Shown: positions 18,327 through 28,079 of the stretch, piece by piece
Layout: each line of letters starts with the position of its first letter
Position numbering within the stretch: position 1 is the stretch's first letter
From: a virus
Lineage: Duplodnaviria; Caudoviricetes
DNA: 64,000 nt
Strand: one strand, 5' to 3'
IMG/VR virus record: IMGVR_UViG_3300031992_000090
Location: 1,401 to 65,400 of that record
The notes under the pieces: generated by a model
Seen by the model: the letters and a program-made list of their open reading frames with translations, nothing else
Databases searched by the model: none
Told to the model about the DNA's origin: nothing
Position numbers and translations under genes: made by a program

Positions 18327-18434
18327 TTAATTTCCCTTACAGTATATTAACTATCACATGCGTTGCTATGAAATACAGGACATACACCAGCATGGCAGTA
18401 AGCCACAGCAGGACTGAGCCAAAGTGTTTCGCTC

Positions 18435-18671
18435 TCATACCGCCCCCACCATTGTCCACAGTTCTTTACGGTTCTCAAATCTCTGGCCGGGATGCAGATC
18501 GATAAGACAGTCTCTATAGTGACAGCCCTTACGGCAGGCGCAGGTAGTACCGCGCAGGAAGTCAAAACGTCCTGCATCGTCCTGAGTGATTATGATATAT
18601 CCAAGCTCAGTGTCACAGTTATCAGACTGGTCTTTAGGATCGTCTATGTAAATATCTACAATAGTTATCAT
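18435..18671 (-). CDS. Hypothetical Cys-rich protein
   Basis: 78 aa, CACRKGCHYRDC. Confidence 0.45.
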   Translation of the reverse strand: MITIVDIYIDDPKDQSDNCDTELGYIIITQDDAGRFDFLRGTTCACRKGCHYRDCLIDLHPGQRFENRKELWTMVGAV

Positions 18672-19015
18672 ACGTTCTCCTTTGCAATTCTCTGACAGAA
18701 AGCCATCACAGCCTTAGAGTCGTAGTAGTGGCGGTTGTAATGCTGTCTGTCTATGGTGGGTTCCGGCATACCCAGACGGCGTAAAGCAGGTATTGCTCCA
18801 ATCCTCTTGTACAGATACATAGCCTGTAACAGTGCAGTAGGTGTTACACGCTCATACTGTCTGCAGGTTTCAATAATAAGCTGCAGATGTTTAACAATAT
18901 GTTTGACGGCTTGTTCGTCTGTCACAGGTTTATATGCTGACTCAACACTACGCCGATGGGTTTGCTGCAGTTCTTTTATATGCTGTTCAAACCAGTCTTC
19001 TATTCTAAGACGCAT
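18668..19015 (-). CDS. Hypothetical protein
   Basis: 115 aa, GGAGTAGG RBS. Confidence 0.6.
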   Translation of the reverse strand: MRLRIEDWFEQHIKELQQTHRRSVESAYKPVTDEQAVKHIVKHLQLIIETCRQYERVTPTALLQAMYLYKRIGAIPALRRLGMPEPTIDRQHYNRHYYDSKAVMAFCQRIAKENV

Positions 19016-19017
19016 AC

Positions 19018-19224
19018 CTACTCCTGAACGGGTGTATCATTACGGTACTCAATTACAGCTATGCAGGTCCAGGTGCCAGAGTATGTTTCAATTAGCTGCT
19101 GGATAGTTACACCTATCACAGTAAAGCCTGGGTATCTGCTGTGTGCTTCATCTATCCAGCCATTGATAGTTTCAGTCGCGGTTGACAGACCGCCGTATGC
19201 CTTTAGAAGTTTTACATAGAGCAT
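19018..19224 (-). CDS. Hypothetical protein
   Basis: 68 aa, AAGGAG RBS. Confidence 0.55.
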   Translation of the reverse strand: MLYVKLLKAYGGLSTATETINGWIDEAHSRYPGFTVIGVTIQQLIETYSGTWTCIAVIEYRNDTPVQE

Positions 19225-19321
19225 ATAACATCTCCTTATTCGTTTATTGTGATTCTTTTATAATAAGTATAACAATAAAATCTTGTGATGCGACAGCATT
19301 TTTTCTAAGCTGTTAACAGTC

Positions 19322-19681
19322 TCACAGTTTTCCGTGTTTACTTCTCATATAACAGCGGCGGCAGAAAGCAGTCTTAGTTTTCTTCTCACGCATACTCATC
19401 TCCCAGACTGTTTTCTTAAGTCCGCACTTAGCGCAATGGAAATAGAATATAAACTGACTGAACAGATTTTTTATATTCCCATCGCTGTCCACCACTGTCC
19501 GGTAATCACTGACAAAATCATCACAAACCATCCCGTTCCATGTCTCTCCTGGCAGGGGTATCCAGTCTGTATTACTGTTGGCTTTGTCAAGATGCTTAGT
19601 GAACTTGCAATAAACTGCAATACTCTTACGGTTCAGTGGTAATTTGTGCATTTTGACAAACGTAAGAAAACTTATAGCCAT
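19322..19681 (-). CDS. Hypothetical protein with C-terminal CxxC...CxxC
   Basis: HCAKCG ... FCRRC. Confidence 0.55.
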   Translation of the reverse strand: MAISFLTFVKMHKLPLNRKSIAVYCKFTKHLDKANSNTDWIPLPGETWNGMVCDDFVSDYRTVVDSDGNIKNLFSQFIFYFHCAKCGLKKTVWEMSMREKKTKTAFCRRCYMRSKHGKL

Positions 19682-19703
19682 TTTATACTCCGATAAAGAT
19701 TTC

Positions 19704-21695
19704 TTATACCACCGTAAAGTCTGTACCTACCTCAGCTTCACAGCCTACAGGGAACCCCTCCAACCATTCCGGCACTGAGGACATTACCCTTTCCATAGTA
19801 GCTTTAGTCTCTTCTACCTGACTGTCAGGAACTACCGTACAGAAAGAGTCGTGAATATTAGCCTTGATAGAGATACCTGCGTCTGCCATACGGCAGGCCT
19901 GCCATGCCAGCATATGGAAAGCCAGTGACTGCGTAATATTCTCCACACACTTAGGACCTGTGATGCGGTTGTCCAGCAACTTTCCGTGTTCCCAGCGTTT
20001 GTAGAGCTTGGACACACCGCCGAAATTGTCCTCGCCTATGTGCAGATTCGGATACCAGATCTTGAACCCGTTAGGCAGGAGAATGTAGGCGGCTCTCTCA
20101 CTGGTAAGCGGTATGCAGTCCCACCCTGCGGTGAACATGTCCGCATGACCGAAAGTAAAGTGTGCTCCCATGGCTGTGTCTTTGCACAGATGGTCGAGAA
20201 TGTTGTCACACAGTTTCCAGAACTGGACGATTTTGAAATTGACCTTACGGTAAATTGTATGTGCCTGTTTTGACAAAGCGTTATGTTCTTCGATATCATC
20301 AGACAGGTGCACGTTACTGCGCAGTAAATATTGAGCGAATAACTTTGCACCAATTCCGTAACCTGCTGATAATACACAAGTTTTTCCTACATTTCGATAT
20401 ACCTTATAGGTAGAGTGATTCGGATCGTCATTGTGTTTGGCACCGTCATGGATAGTCTGCGCGTCTATACTAAAAATCTTAGCCGCCATCTCAGCGTATG
20501 GATCACGACCAGTACGGAACTGTTCTATCAGATCTTCCTGTTCAGCTTCCCATGCAAGCATACGAGCTTCTATCTGAGAGGAGTCACAGGCAACAACCTT
20601 GCAGCCCTCTGGTACTTTCAGCGCCTGTCTGATAATCAGCTTGCTTGGATCACGCTTGCTCAGGTTCTGGAAATTGAGCTTGTCGCTGCCCTCATTAGAG
20701 CCAGCTGCATAACGTCCCGTGTGTGCCTTGTAAGTTGCCAGCATAATCGGTACAGCTTTAGCCCCTTTGCGTACCAGTGACTCCGCACGGGACTTCTGGA
20801 TTGAGCTGTTCAGGTTCAGTCTGGTCTGCACCAGCAGCGCAATGTCAGGGTTTGGATCGTCTGCCATGGCTACGAAATCCAAGTCATTCTTGGCAGTAGC
20901 CGGTATCTCGCACTGTTTCTTATCGCTCCATTTCATAGGACAGACACCGCCGACTTTCTCCATAAGGGTTGGGAAAATCTTAGGAGAGCGGATAGCTTTC
21001 AGCAGTTCCTCTGTGGTGTCGTAGTGCAGTACGTGTGCAAGATTTACTCGTGCCTGTTCCTGCTCGGCATCGAGCCTTGCCAGGTAATCCTGCAGCATAG
21101 GAATATCTGGAATAAACGCAGGCTCAGTCGCCATCTTGGCTGTAAGGCTTATGAGCTTTAGCGCATCAGGCTGCATGTAAGGCAGCATACTGTAGAAGTT
21201 GGCAGCGCACTGGCTCACATCGTCCTTGCAGTAGTCTGTGAAATATGCCCATTCAGTATCTGTAAAATCCTGACGGTGCTTACCATCGGACACTACGGTA
21301 CCAGGTTTCTTGATGCCGTGTCCTAAGGTAGCAGTTAATTCTTTATGGGTACAGCGGATGACACGGGACAGACCTACCCAGTTCATCATGGGTATAGTGT
21401 CCAGTATCATCCATGGTCTGATACCATAATGCTCTGACAGAATGAGTGCGTCAAAGCCAGCCATATTATGACCGACTACAATCGTACCGGGTTCGTCCAG
21501 TTTAAGAGCTTTCAGAAACCTTACATCAAGACCATTCTCAGCAGGACAGACCACAGTCTGGTTGTGATCTATCTGTGCACCGACACACAGAACCTCGAAA
21601 CGGGGATCGCGTATATACTCTATCGGCCCCATCTTAGATAATGTATAAGTCTTTGAATCAAAAAAAGATTCAAAGTCCAGCACGATTACACGCAT
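19704..21695 (-). CDS. polA: DNA polymerase, family A (phage type) with 3'-5' exonuclease
   Basis: DFES exonuclease I; DSSQIEAR motif A; RNVGKTCVLSAGYG motif B; NIHDS motif C. Confidence 0.93.
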   Translation of the reverse strand: MRVIVLDFESFFDSKTYTLSKMGPIEYIRDPRFEVLCVGAQIDHNQTVVCPAENGLDVRFLKALKLDEPGTIVVGHNMAGFDALILSEHYGIRPWMILDTIPMMNWVGLSRVIRCTHKELTATLGHGIKKPGTVVSDGKHRQDFTDTEWAYFTDYCKDDVSQCAANFYSMLPYMQPDALKLISLTAKMATEPAFIPDIPMLQDYLARLDAEQEQARVNLAHVLHYDTTEELLKAIRSPKIFPTLMEKVGGVCPMKWSDKKQCEIPATAKNDLDFVAMADDPNPDIALLVQTRLNLNSSIQKSRAESLVRKGAKAVPIMLATYKAHTGRYAAGSNEGSDKLNFQNLSKRDPSKLIIRQALKVPEGCKVVACDSSQIEARMLAWEAEQEDLIEQFRTGRDPYAEMAAKIFSIDAQTIHDGAKHNDDPNHSTYKVYRNVGKTCVLSAGYGIGAKLFAQYLLRSNVHLSDDIEEHNALSKQAHTIYRKVNFKIVQFWKLCDNILDHLCKDTAMGAHFTFGHADMFTAGWDCIPLTSERAAYILLPNGFKIWYPNLHIGEDNFGGVSKLYKRWEHGKLLDNRITGPKCVENITQSLAFHMLAWQACRMADAGISIKANIHDSFCTVVPDSQVEETKATMERVMSSVPEWLEGFPVGCEAEVGTDFTVV

Positions 21696-21706
21696 TGTTA
21701 GACTCC

Positions 21707-22153
21707 TTAGAATTTTATAGTCAGTGTATCGTCTGATGCAGCTTCCATACTGTTTCTATAGTTGCGTGCATCTTTAGCATCATAGGTAATTATCAAATCA
21801 TTTGAATACCCCTGCTCAAGCATATAATTTCTCCAGACAGTCTTTTCTGAGTCATCAAGAGACTCGTAAAATTCTGCAACAGCTCTAAGCTCTCTTGGGA
21901 TACAGAAATTACGGAATGTAATCTCATGTGGTTCTAGTTGTACGGCGTCAGAGTTGAAACACGCGAAGTTAAAAGTACACTCTACTTCAAGCCAGTCACA
22001 CAAAAACTTGGCGTATTCCTTAATGAGTGCACGTATCTTGCGTTTCGCAAATTCCTTGTTTATCTGGTTGGATGCAATCTCATGCTCCAGTTTCCTGGCT
22101 TCCGCCAGAGCTTTGCTGTCTACGATTTGTTTAATCTTAGATTCAATGTCCAT
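21707..22153 (-). CDS. Hypothetical protein
   Basis: 148 aa, GGAGTAGAGAT RBS. Confidence 0.65.
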   Translation of the reverse strand: MDIESKIKQIVDSKALAEARKLEHEIASNQINKEFAKRKIRALIKEYAKFLCDWLEVECTFNFACFNSDAVQLEPHEITFRNFCIPRELRAVAEFYESLDDSEKTVWRNYMLEQGYSNDLIITYDAKDARNYRNSMEAASDDTLTIKF

Positions 22154-22157
22154 ATCT

Positions 22158-22355
22158 CTACTCCTTTTCTACTTCCTCAGTACCTGCTATGCGCTCCAAA
22201 TTTTCTATACGTTTCTCGAGGGTACGTATTATTTCTATGAGCGCAGTACTTACCGCGTATAAATCTTCGTCCATACAATAGTAGGCGTTTTCACCTACTT
22301 TATGACCGGCACGAGCCTTTTGTACGTTCTGTTCGAACTCATCTAAAATGTTCAT
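22158..22355 (-). CDS. Hypothetical protein (start reassigned to 22355)
   Basis: GGAGTAGAGAT precedes ATG 22355. Confidence 0.6.
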   Translation of the reverse strand: MNILDEFEQNVQKARAGHKVGENAYYCMDEDLYAVSTALIEIIRTLEKRIENLERIAGTEEVEKE

Positions 22356-22365
22356 ATCTCTACTC

Positions 22366-22950
22366 CTAGATCCAAAGTAATTCAGGGTTACCTTTAAAAC
22401 CTTTCTGCCATATAAACCATGCAAAAGCTACTGCACTATGCGTGGTCTGTGCATTTACATCACCATTCTTACAGCATTTAATTCTGGCTGAGAACACGAG
22501 CACATACCGCATAGGATTGGAGGAGAAGAATACTTTGCGCTGTTTTCCCTCAAGGAACTGCAGCCTTAACAGCGCACAACAGTACTCCCCCTCCTTTAAC
22601 ATTCCAAGTGCATGGTCAATATGCTCAAGTGCGTCACTGTACGGAGGATTCATCACAATAGCTACAGGTTCTTCTGTCGGTCTCCTGACTGTCATCCAGT
22701 CTGCTACTATGGTGTCGTGCCATCCTCGGTCTACAATGTCGTAGCTGTGTACAGTCCACTGCAGTATCTCGAAAATTTTAGCTATATGTCCTGCGCCTAC
22801 ACTTGGTTCTATGATATGCAGCGGCAGTCTGATATTCAGTTCCATAAGCTTTTTGATAAGTGCATACACAGCTACAGGATCCGTAGTATAGAAATCATGC
22901 TCGGCTCTATTGTCCTTAGGACCTAATTGTATAGTCTTACAGGTACGCAT
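22366..22950 (-). CDS. Orphan amino (N6A/N4C) DNA methyltransferase
   Basis: DFYTTDP, EPSVGAG (SAM-binding motif I) and NPPY (motif IV). Confidence 0.85.
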   Translation of the reverse strand: MRTCKTIQLGPKDNRAEHDFYTTDPVAVYALIKKLMELNIRLPLHIIEPSVGAGHIAKIFEILQWTVHSYDIVDRGWHDTIVADWMTVRRPTEEPVAIVMNPPYSDALEHIDHALGMLKEGEYCCALLRLQFLEGKQRKVFFSSNPMRYVLVFSARIKCCKNGDVNAQTTHSAVAFAWFIWQKGFKGNPELLWI

Positions 22951-22952
22951 CT

Positions 22953-23168
22953 CTACTCCTCAACGTCGTCATAAATCTGAGAACCAAACTCACATACCAG
23001 CTGCACTACATCACAGGCGATCATTGTCAGTTCATAGAACACATAGTCTTCATTCAGTCTGTGCTGTTTTGCAAGTCTCTCAGCATGACCCCGTAACTGT
23101 GTCTCGAGTTCTTCAAAGAACCTGTCATAAACCAGATCACGCTTAGACTTTTTCTTATTCTTACTCAT
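22953..23168 (-). CDS. Hypothetical protein
   Basis: 71 aa, co-oriented. Confidence 0.5.
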   Translation of the reverse strand: MSKNKKKSKRDLVYDRFFEELETQLRGHAERLAKQHRLNEDYVFYELTMIACDVVQLVCEFGSQIYDDVEE

Positions 23169-23171
23169 AGA

Positions 23172-23915
23172 TTAAAACGGTATATCGTCATACTGTGGAC
23201 ATTTGCCCTCTTTCTTCACATCGCACCACTGACAGAACCTGTGCTTGGTAGCAGGGAATGAGTTATGGTCAAGTGCGATCTGTGCACCACGTAAAGATAC
23301 AACCAGTTCAGAGCACGGTCCCTGCGCTACCGAGATAGCGTCCACCTTGTTTATGTCCACCCCTGTGATGTCAATCTTTTCAGTAGACAGACCGCCATTA
23401 TCGAGATAGTCAAAGTTCAGTACGTACTTGTTCTTACCGGTAACCGGCTGCAGGCAGACGGCATTGAACTGCAGCTGCAGCTGGTCAATGTCATACTTCT
23501 TCCCAGACTTATGATCGAACACAATCACAGTGTCCGAGTCCTTATGCTCAAGCCATACGTCAATACGGCAGCGCATCAGATTGTGTGGTGGTTTATCCCA
23601 GAAGTCAAGCTTATGCCCCTGTCCGTCAGTGGCTACGCTGTCCTCTACGTGGATCTCCCATCCTCTGTCAACAAGACCATGGATCACGCAGTAAAACTTA
23701 TACGCATTGGCACGGGATTTGTCATCGTCCCAGGTCACGCTGTCCCAGCCATGCAGCAGTGCTGTCTCCATCATAGAGTGCAGATGCTCACCGCGCTTGG
23801 CAGCCTCTCCCTGCACATAGGCTACCTCTTTGGTAAGGTTTACCATCTTGAACTTGAACGGACACTGTACAAAGGTCTTCAAATTACTTGGTGTGAATAC
23901 GACATCTCTAGCCAT
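23172..23915 (-). CDS. PD-(D/E)XK Cas4-like exonuclease
   Basis: N-terminal CPF, RIDV...DHKSGK catalytic motif, C-terminal CQWC...C Fe-S cluster ligands. Confidence 0.85.
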   Translation of the reverse strand: MARDVVFTPSNLKTFVQCPFKFKMVNLTKEVAYVQGEAAKRGEHLHSMMETALLHGWDSVTWDDDKSRANAYKFYCVIHGLVDRGWEIHVEDSVATDGQGHKLDFWDKPPHNLMRCRIDVWLEHKDSDTVIVFDHKSGKKYDIDQLQLQFNAVCLQPVTGKNKYVLNFDYLDNGGLSTEKIDITGVDINKVDAISVAQGPCSELVVSLRGAQIALDHNSFPATKHRFCQWCDVKKEGKCPQYDDIPF

Positions 23916-23924
23916 GCTTACTCC

Positions 23925-24428
23925 TTAAATCTTATATGAATATTTATACTCAAATCTGCGTGCCATAAGGGATACAGTCTCATACGGCATTGTGCCCCGC
24001 CCGTAATTTGCCCGCATCTCTACAGAGATATGACAGTCAAAGAACTCCTGCGGCGCATCTCTGTACCACTGATAGTCTTTCCAGGTCATACACCATGGAT
24101 GCGAGTACTCACCCCGATGCTTAAGCTCTTGCATAAATGCCTGCATATTGCTGCTGTCTACGACGTAGGTCGCCATGCCTGCGCCCCTTGCTTTGTCCAT
24201 CTCCATTATCTGCAGTGGTGTAGGCATGGTAGAGAGCGCTGTCTTGTGGTTCCTGTCCCATCTGATAGCGGCTTTGAACTCTATAAAAGACGGCTGACCG
24301 CAGAAGATGAAATAGTCATCAGGTATACCGCGTCTGCCTATCCCCTGCTGATTGATAGGGAATGTGTAGGCGCCGATGTCTTTTAAGAACTTACGCACGG
24401 TGGCCTTAACCTTACCCTCAGGTGTCAT
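23925..24428 (-). CDS. VRR-NUC domain nuclease (resolvase-like)
   Basis: TPEGKVK...GIPD...FIEFKA...TPLQ signature. Confidence 0.85.
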   Translation of the reverse strand: MTPEGKVKATVRKFLKDIGAYTFPINQQGIGRRGIPDDYFIFCGQPSFIEFKAAIRWDRNHKTALSTMPTPLQIMEMDKARGAGMATYVVDSSNMQAFMQELKHRGEYSHPWCMTWKDYQWYRDAPQEFFDCHISVEMRANYGRGTMPYETVSLMARRFEYKYSYKI

Positions 24429-24817
24429 TCCTGTACCTCCTGCTCACAGTCTTTCCGGTAGCTGTCTAAAGTCCTGTAAAGCTCATAGGTCTCTGGACTC
24501 CTTGGCAGCACTATCTGGTACTGTTTGAGATCTTTCACCCATAAAGCGACCACGTTCATAGAACGGATAAAACTTTTAGTCTCCTGGGTTCTTGCCTTAA
24601 GAGATATCTCAGGGAAAATCCCGCGCAGTAAGCCACGTCCTACAGACAGCTGCTGTCCTGCTACCGGCAGCTCTTTGCAATCCACCCAGAAAGGTATCAG
24701 ATACAGCTCCAGCCTGTCCTCGTAGCTGACCTTGCGCATCTGCATACGCATACCGTATGGTCTCGGCACCCTCAGTATGCCGGTGCTCATAAGATTAAGA
24801 ACTAATTGCGTCTCCAT
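24425..24817 (-). CDS. Hypothetical protein (start reassigned to 24817)
   Basis: GGAG upstream of ATG 24817. Confidence 0.55.
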   Translation of the reverse strand: METQLVLNLMSTGILRVPRPYGMRMQMRKVSYEDRLELYLIPFWVDCKELPVAGQQLSVGRGLLRGIFPEISLKARTQETKSFIRSMNVVALWVKDLKQYQIVLPRSPETYELYRTLDSYRKDCEQEVQE

Positions 24818-27764
24818 AATTACGCTCCACTCTAAAACAATAAACTGTCTGTGCACCGTTCGGTAATGCCGGTACGTCCTTACCCAATGCAAACCGCTTG
24901 GTGCTGATGCCGTAACGTGCGTAGCCATGCACCTGCAGTTCCTGCAGCATCGTATCAAGCGAGATGCCTTTCTGTTTGCACCATGAGCTTAAGGCGCGTG
25001 ATGAGATGTAAACTGTCTCAGTATCCAGCTCTCGCCTGATATGCATCTGTCTGGTCGGCAGCTGAACCACATACGGATCGTCACTGACACTGTCAAACGT
25101 ACCGTACTGAACAGACGGAACCTGGTCGGTCTTAAGCGCCTTGGCTTTACGTAGCGTCTCAAAGGTCTTTCTGGTATGTGCATGAACAATCAGCGTATCC
25201 GCAAGGCTGTCGTTCAGATAGTCCATCAGCAGGTTACTGCCGGTAGGCTTGTTCACTTTCACCTTGGCTCTAAGCTCTGGCAGCAGAGTCTGTGTGCAGT
25301 AGCGCTCCAGCTCGTCAAAGTCATAGGTAAGCAGCCCAAGAGCCTTGGCAATTTTGCCCGCTACCAGCGGGATAGCTATACCATACAGCCAGAAGCGCTC
25401 GTCTGACGTCTCGGCGTACTTGGTTGCAAACTTGTCAGCACACTGCTCTACCACATGCGGGATCTCCGGATGCTCCATCAAAAAGGACATGAACTTTGCA
25501 CCCGCCAGCCCGTAGTTGTCACGGGCAGCCGACATGGCAGCCGTAATTGTCAGTGCCATGGGTGTGTTGGTATAGTCCTTGAAGTCACACACAGACTCAA
25601 TTAAGCGCATACAGGTTGCGGAGGACTGCGCTTTGTAACTGCGCAGGCTCTCGTACATAGACTGATTGGCAGTAAACACGGTGATAGTATCCCAGTGTCC
25701 TGACTGCGCAAGCCCTGTACCAGATGCAGTAGAACGAGCTTTCTCTCTGCCGTTCACGATATCGTATAATAAGGAGGCAGTCTCCTCATCGTTGATACCG
25801 GTCAGCTCATCAATCAGTATCGGCAGATTGCGGTAGACTGCGTACTGCTGAAAGCGGGCAGCGTGTGTGTCCGTCCTGCCCATCAGCATCTGCTGCGGAT
25901 CGCCCCAGACAGAAGCGATGGCTTTCAGCACAGAGGACTTGCCCTTACCGCCGTTGATGTCCCAGAAGTTATAGGCTACGTTCGTGGCAGTACCGCGTCC
26001 AAACCGCATCAGCGGTGCACCGAACGCAGTGCACATCAGAAGCTGTGCGAATTTCTGGTCAAGTGTCTTGTATAACTCAGGCACCTGCAACCAGGACTGG
26101 AGACTGCCTTTAGTACCAAGCTTGGTTGCAACGCTTGCCGAACGCTCATCAAGTCTTACCTGCGAGGTGCCTTTGGCTGTGTACATCTGCTGACCTACTA
26201 TGAAGCCAGGATAGGTCACGCCGGTGGCTCTGTCAGTACAGTCCACCCAGCCGAAATGGTTGCGCACTACAACCTCAGGCAGTTTATTCTGTATAGCTGC
26301 AATATATGTGTTCATAAACGTATAAAAATCTTTCCTGTTCTTAGGAGCAGGGAGCAGACCACACTGGGCTGTCCACAGCTCTATCTTCTGCGTACCTAAG
26401 GCGTCCTCAATAGCGAACGGTATATCAACAGGAGCACACTCCGGTACAACCTTACGCATTATGTAGGTTCTTTTGGGTACACTCCCCTGTGTATAGTCAA
26501 TACACAGCGTATGGATATACACCTCCGCACTGGAGATTTTTACAGGTATCTTATTCCCGTTCTCGTCCACTACTATCTTATAAATCCCTTTGTGCGGAAT
26601 CACTTTGAACTGCTCGTCAGAGTACGGTATATACTGCGCAGTCTCCGTGGCGTTGCCCAGTGCAATCTCACCACGGGTGAAGTCGGCTGTCTCAATATTA
26701 GCCTTGGGCATCTCAACTGCTTTGGGTGCAGCAATGTCGTTCAGTGCCCATGGTGTTTTTATCTTCCCTCTGTGAGGACAGCCCTCGCAGCGTTCAGGAC
26801 AGTAACTCTCAAAGGTCTCACATAGTCCAGGAGGATTCTGGGCTTGGGTTGACAGCAGGTTATCTATCAGGCTCTGACATCTGTCATGGTCATACTGGCT
26901 CCTGTCTAACTTAGAGAGCGCATGTACCATCGCAGCTCCGCCTGTAGTATGGAGCACTGTCCGAGCCGCCAGCATCCAGGTCGGGTACTGCGCATAACCC
27001 ATCTCACGGATTTGCCGGCATTTGATAATCATCTGGTCAGGAGTACGTGGCAGAATCTCACCCTGCGGTCTGGTGAAACTGTCACCAAAACTCAACTGAC
27101 TGACATCAACTCCGGCTACTGTCACAGGTTTAACCGGCGCAGCGGCCGTAGTCTCTTTTACAAGCAGCTTTATAAACTGCTCAGGAGTTACCGGAGTCTC
27201 CGGCAGATGCATCAGGCGTACAGGTTTGGGTCCATGCTTGTGATTCAAAGTTCCAGGAACACGCAGAATAGATGCTATGTCTGCGGTTCTGTGATGGTCT
27301 ACTTTGAAGTCGTGAGCTACGCATACCTTACGCAGCAGACGTGCCGCCTGTCGCCAAACCTCTACACTTATAGCACGGGACAGACGCCAGTACAGGTGAT
27401 ACCCGTTGCCGCTGTCTACAATAGCAGGTACCGGCAGTCCTGTCTCTTTTAAGAATCTCCCCAGCTGTGCGCTGGCTTCAACTTTGGTTCTGTAACCATC
27501 GCCTACGTCAACGTCCAGCCAGAAAGATTTTACTTTGTGAGCATTAGTACCAGAACGGTGGAACCTGCCATTCTCATCAAGTCCCTTGTAAGAGGCCAGT
27601 GCAAAGTACACATTGCAATTCTGTGCATGTTCAAGAGCGAAATTACATGCAGTGTCGATACTGGTGAACGGTACATTACGCACATAACCCTGATTAGGGA
27701 CGAGCGTAATGCAGTACATACCCGTGTCAGGCAGTATGGCCTTTAGAAAATTTGTTGTATCCAT
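24795..27764 (-). CDS. Primase-helicase (AEP/RepB-like primase, Zn-binding region, DUF927-type ATPase)
   Basis: WLDVD, SGNGYHLYW and ILRVPGT primase motifs; CETF..C...C.GC; GGKGKSS Walker A; IDELT Walker B. Confidence 0.85.
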   Translation of the reverse strand: MDTTNFLKAILPDTGMYCITLVPNQGYVRNVPFTSIDTACNFALEHAQNCNVYFALASYKGLDENGRFHRSGTNAHKVKSFWLDVDVGDGYRTKVEASAQLGRFLKETGLPVPAIVDSGNGYHLYWRLSRAISVEVWRQAARLLRKVCVAHDFKVDHHRTADIASILRVPGTLNHKHGPKPVRLMHLPETPVTPEQFIKLLVKETTAAAPVKPVTVAGVDVSQLSFGDSFTRPQGEILPRTPDQMIIKCRQIREMGYAQYPTWMLAARTVLHTTGGAAMVHALSKLDRSQYDHDRCQSLIDNLLSTQAQNPPGLCETFESYCPERCEGCPHRGKIKTPWALNDIAAPKAVEMPKANIETADFTRGEIALGNATETAQYIPYSDEQFKVIPHKGIYKIVVDENGNKIPVKISSAEVYIHTLCIDYTQGSVPKRTYIMRKVVPECAPVDIPFAIEDALGTQKIELWTAQCGLLPAPKNRKDFYTFMNTYIAAIQNKLPEVVVRNHFGWVDCTDRATGVTYPGFIVGQQMYTAKGTSQVRLDERSASVATKLGTKGSLQSWLQVPELYKTLDQKFAQLLMCTAFGAPLMRFGRGTATNVAYNFWDINGGKGKSSVLKAIASVWGDPQQMLMGRTDTHAARFQQYAVYRNLPILIDELTGINDEETASLLYDIVNGREKARSTASGTGLAQSGHWDTITVFTANQSMYESLRSYKAQSSATCMRLIESVCDFKDYTNTPMALTITAAMSAARDNYGLAGAKFMSFLMEHPEIPHVVEQCADKFATKYAETSDERFWLYGIAIPLVAGKIAKALGLLTYDFDELERYCTQTLLPELRAKVKVNKPTGSNLLMDYLNDSLADTLIVHAHTRKTFETLRKAKALKTDQVPSVQYGTFDSVSDDPYVVQLPTRQMHIRRELDTETVYISSRALSSWCKQKGISLDTMLQELQVHGYARYGISTKRFALGKDVPALPNGAQTVYCFRVERNYGDAISS

Positions 27765-28068
27765 GTGTACTTACCCAGTTGTCAAACAGCATCTTCAACT
27801 GTTTGACCTCTTGCTCCGTGTCTGAAAACTGCATTGGGTACTGTCCCGTGGCTAGCTCTGCACTCAGCATAGCACTCATTGCACGTATCTGCTGTAAGTG
27901 TATATGCTGAATACCAGGTGACTGGATAAGACGGTAATGCACCATGCTCTGCAGACCCAGCACCTGATACGCAGATTTATAGTGGAACCCCGAGATATCA
28001 AGCAGGTAGTAGAGCTTGTCAAAAGCCTCTACCTCCTTGTCTGTCAGTTTACGTAAAGTGTCCACCAT
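27727..28068 (-). CDS. Hypothetical protein, possible DNA-binding regulator
   Basis: 113 aa, helical; no clear family. Confidence 0.5.
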   Translation of the reverse strand: MVDTLRKLTDKEVEAFDKLYYLLDISGFHYKSAYQVLGLQSMVHYRLIQSPGIQHIHLQQIRAMSAMLSAELATGQYPMQFSDTEQEVKQLKMLFDNWVSTHGYNKFSKGHTA

Positions 28069-28079
28069 AAACCCCCCTG

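Noticed and set aside
23172-23915. Cas4-like gene as part of a CRISPR system
   Set aside because: Standalone phage exonuclease in a replication module, with no other cas genes.
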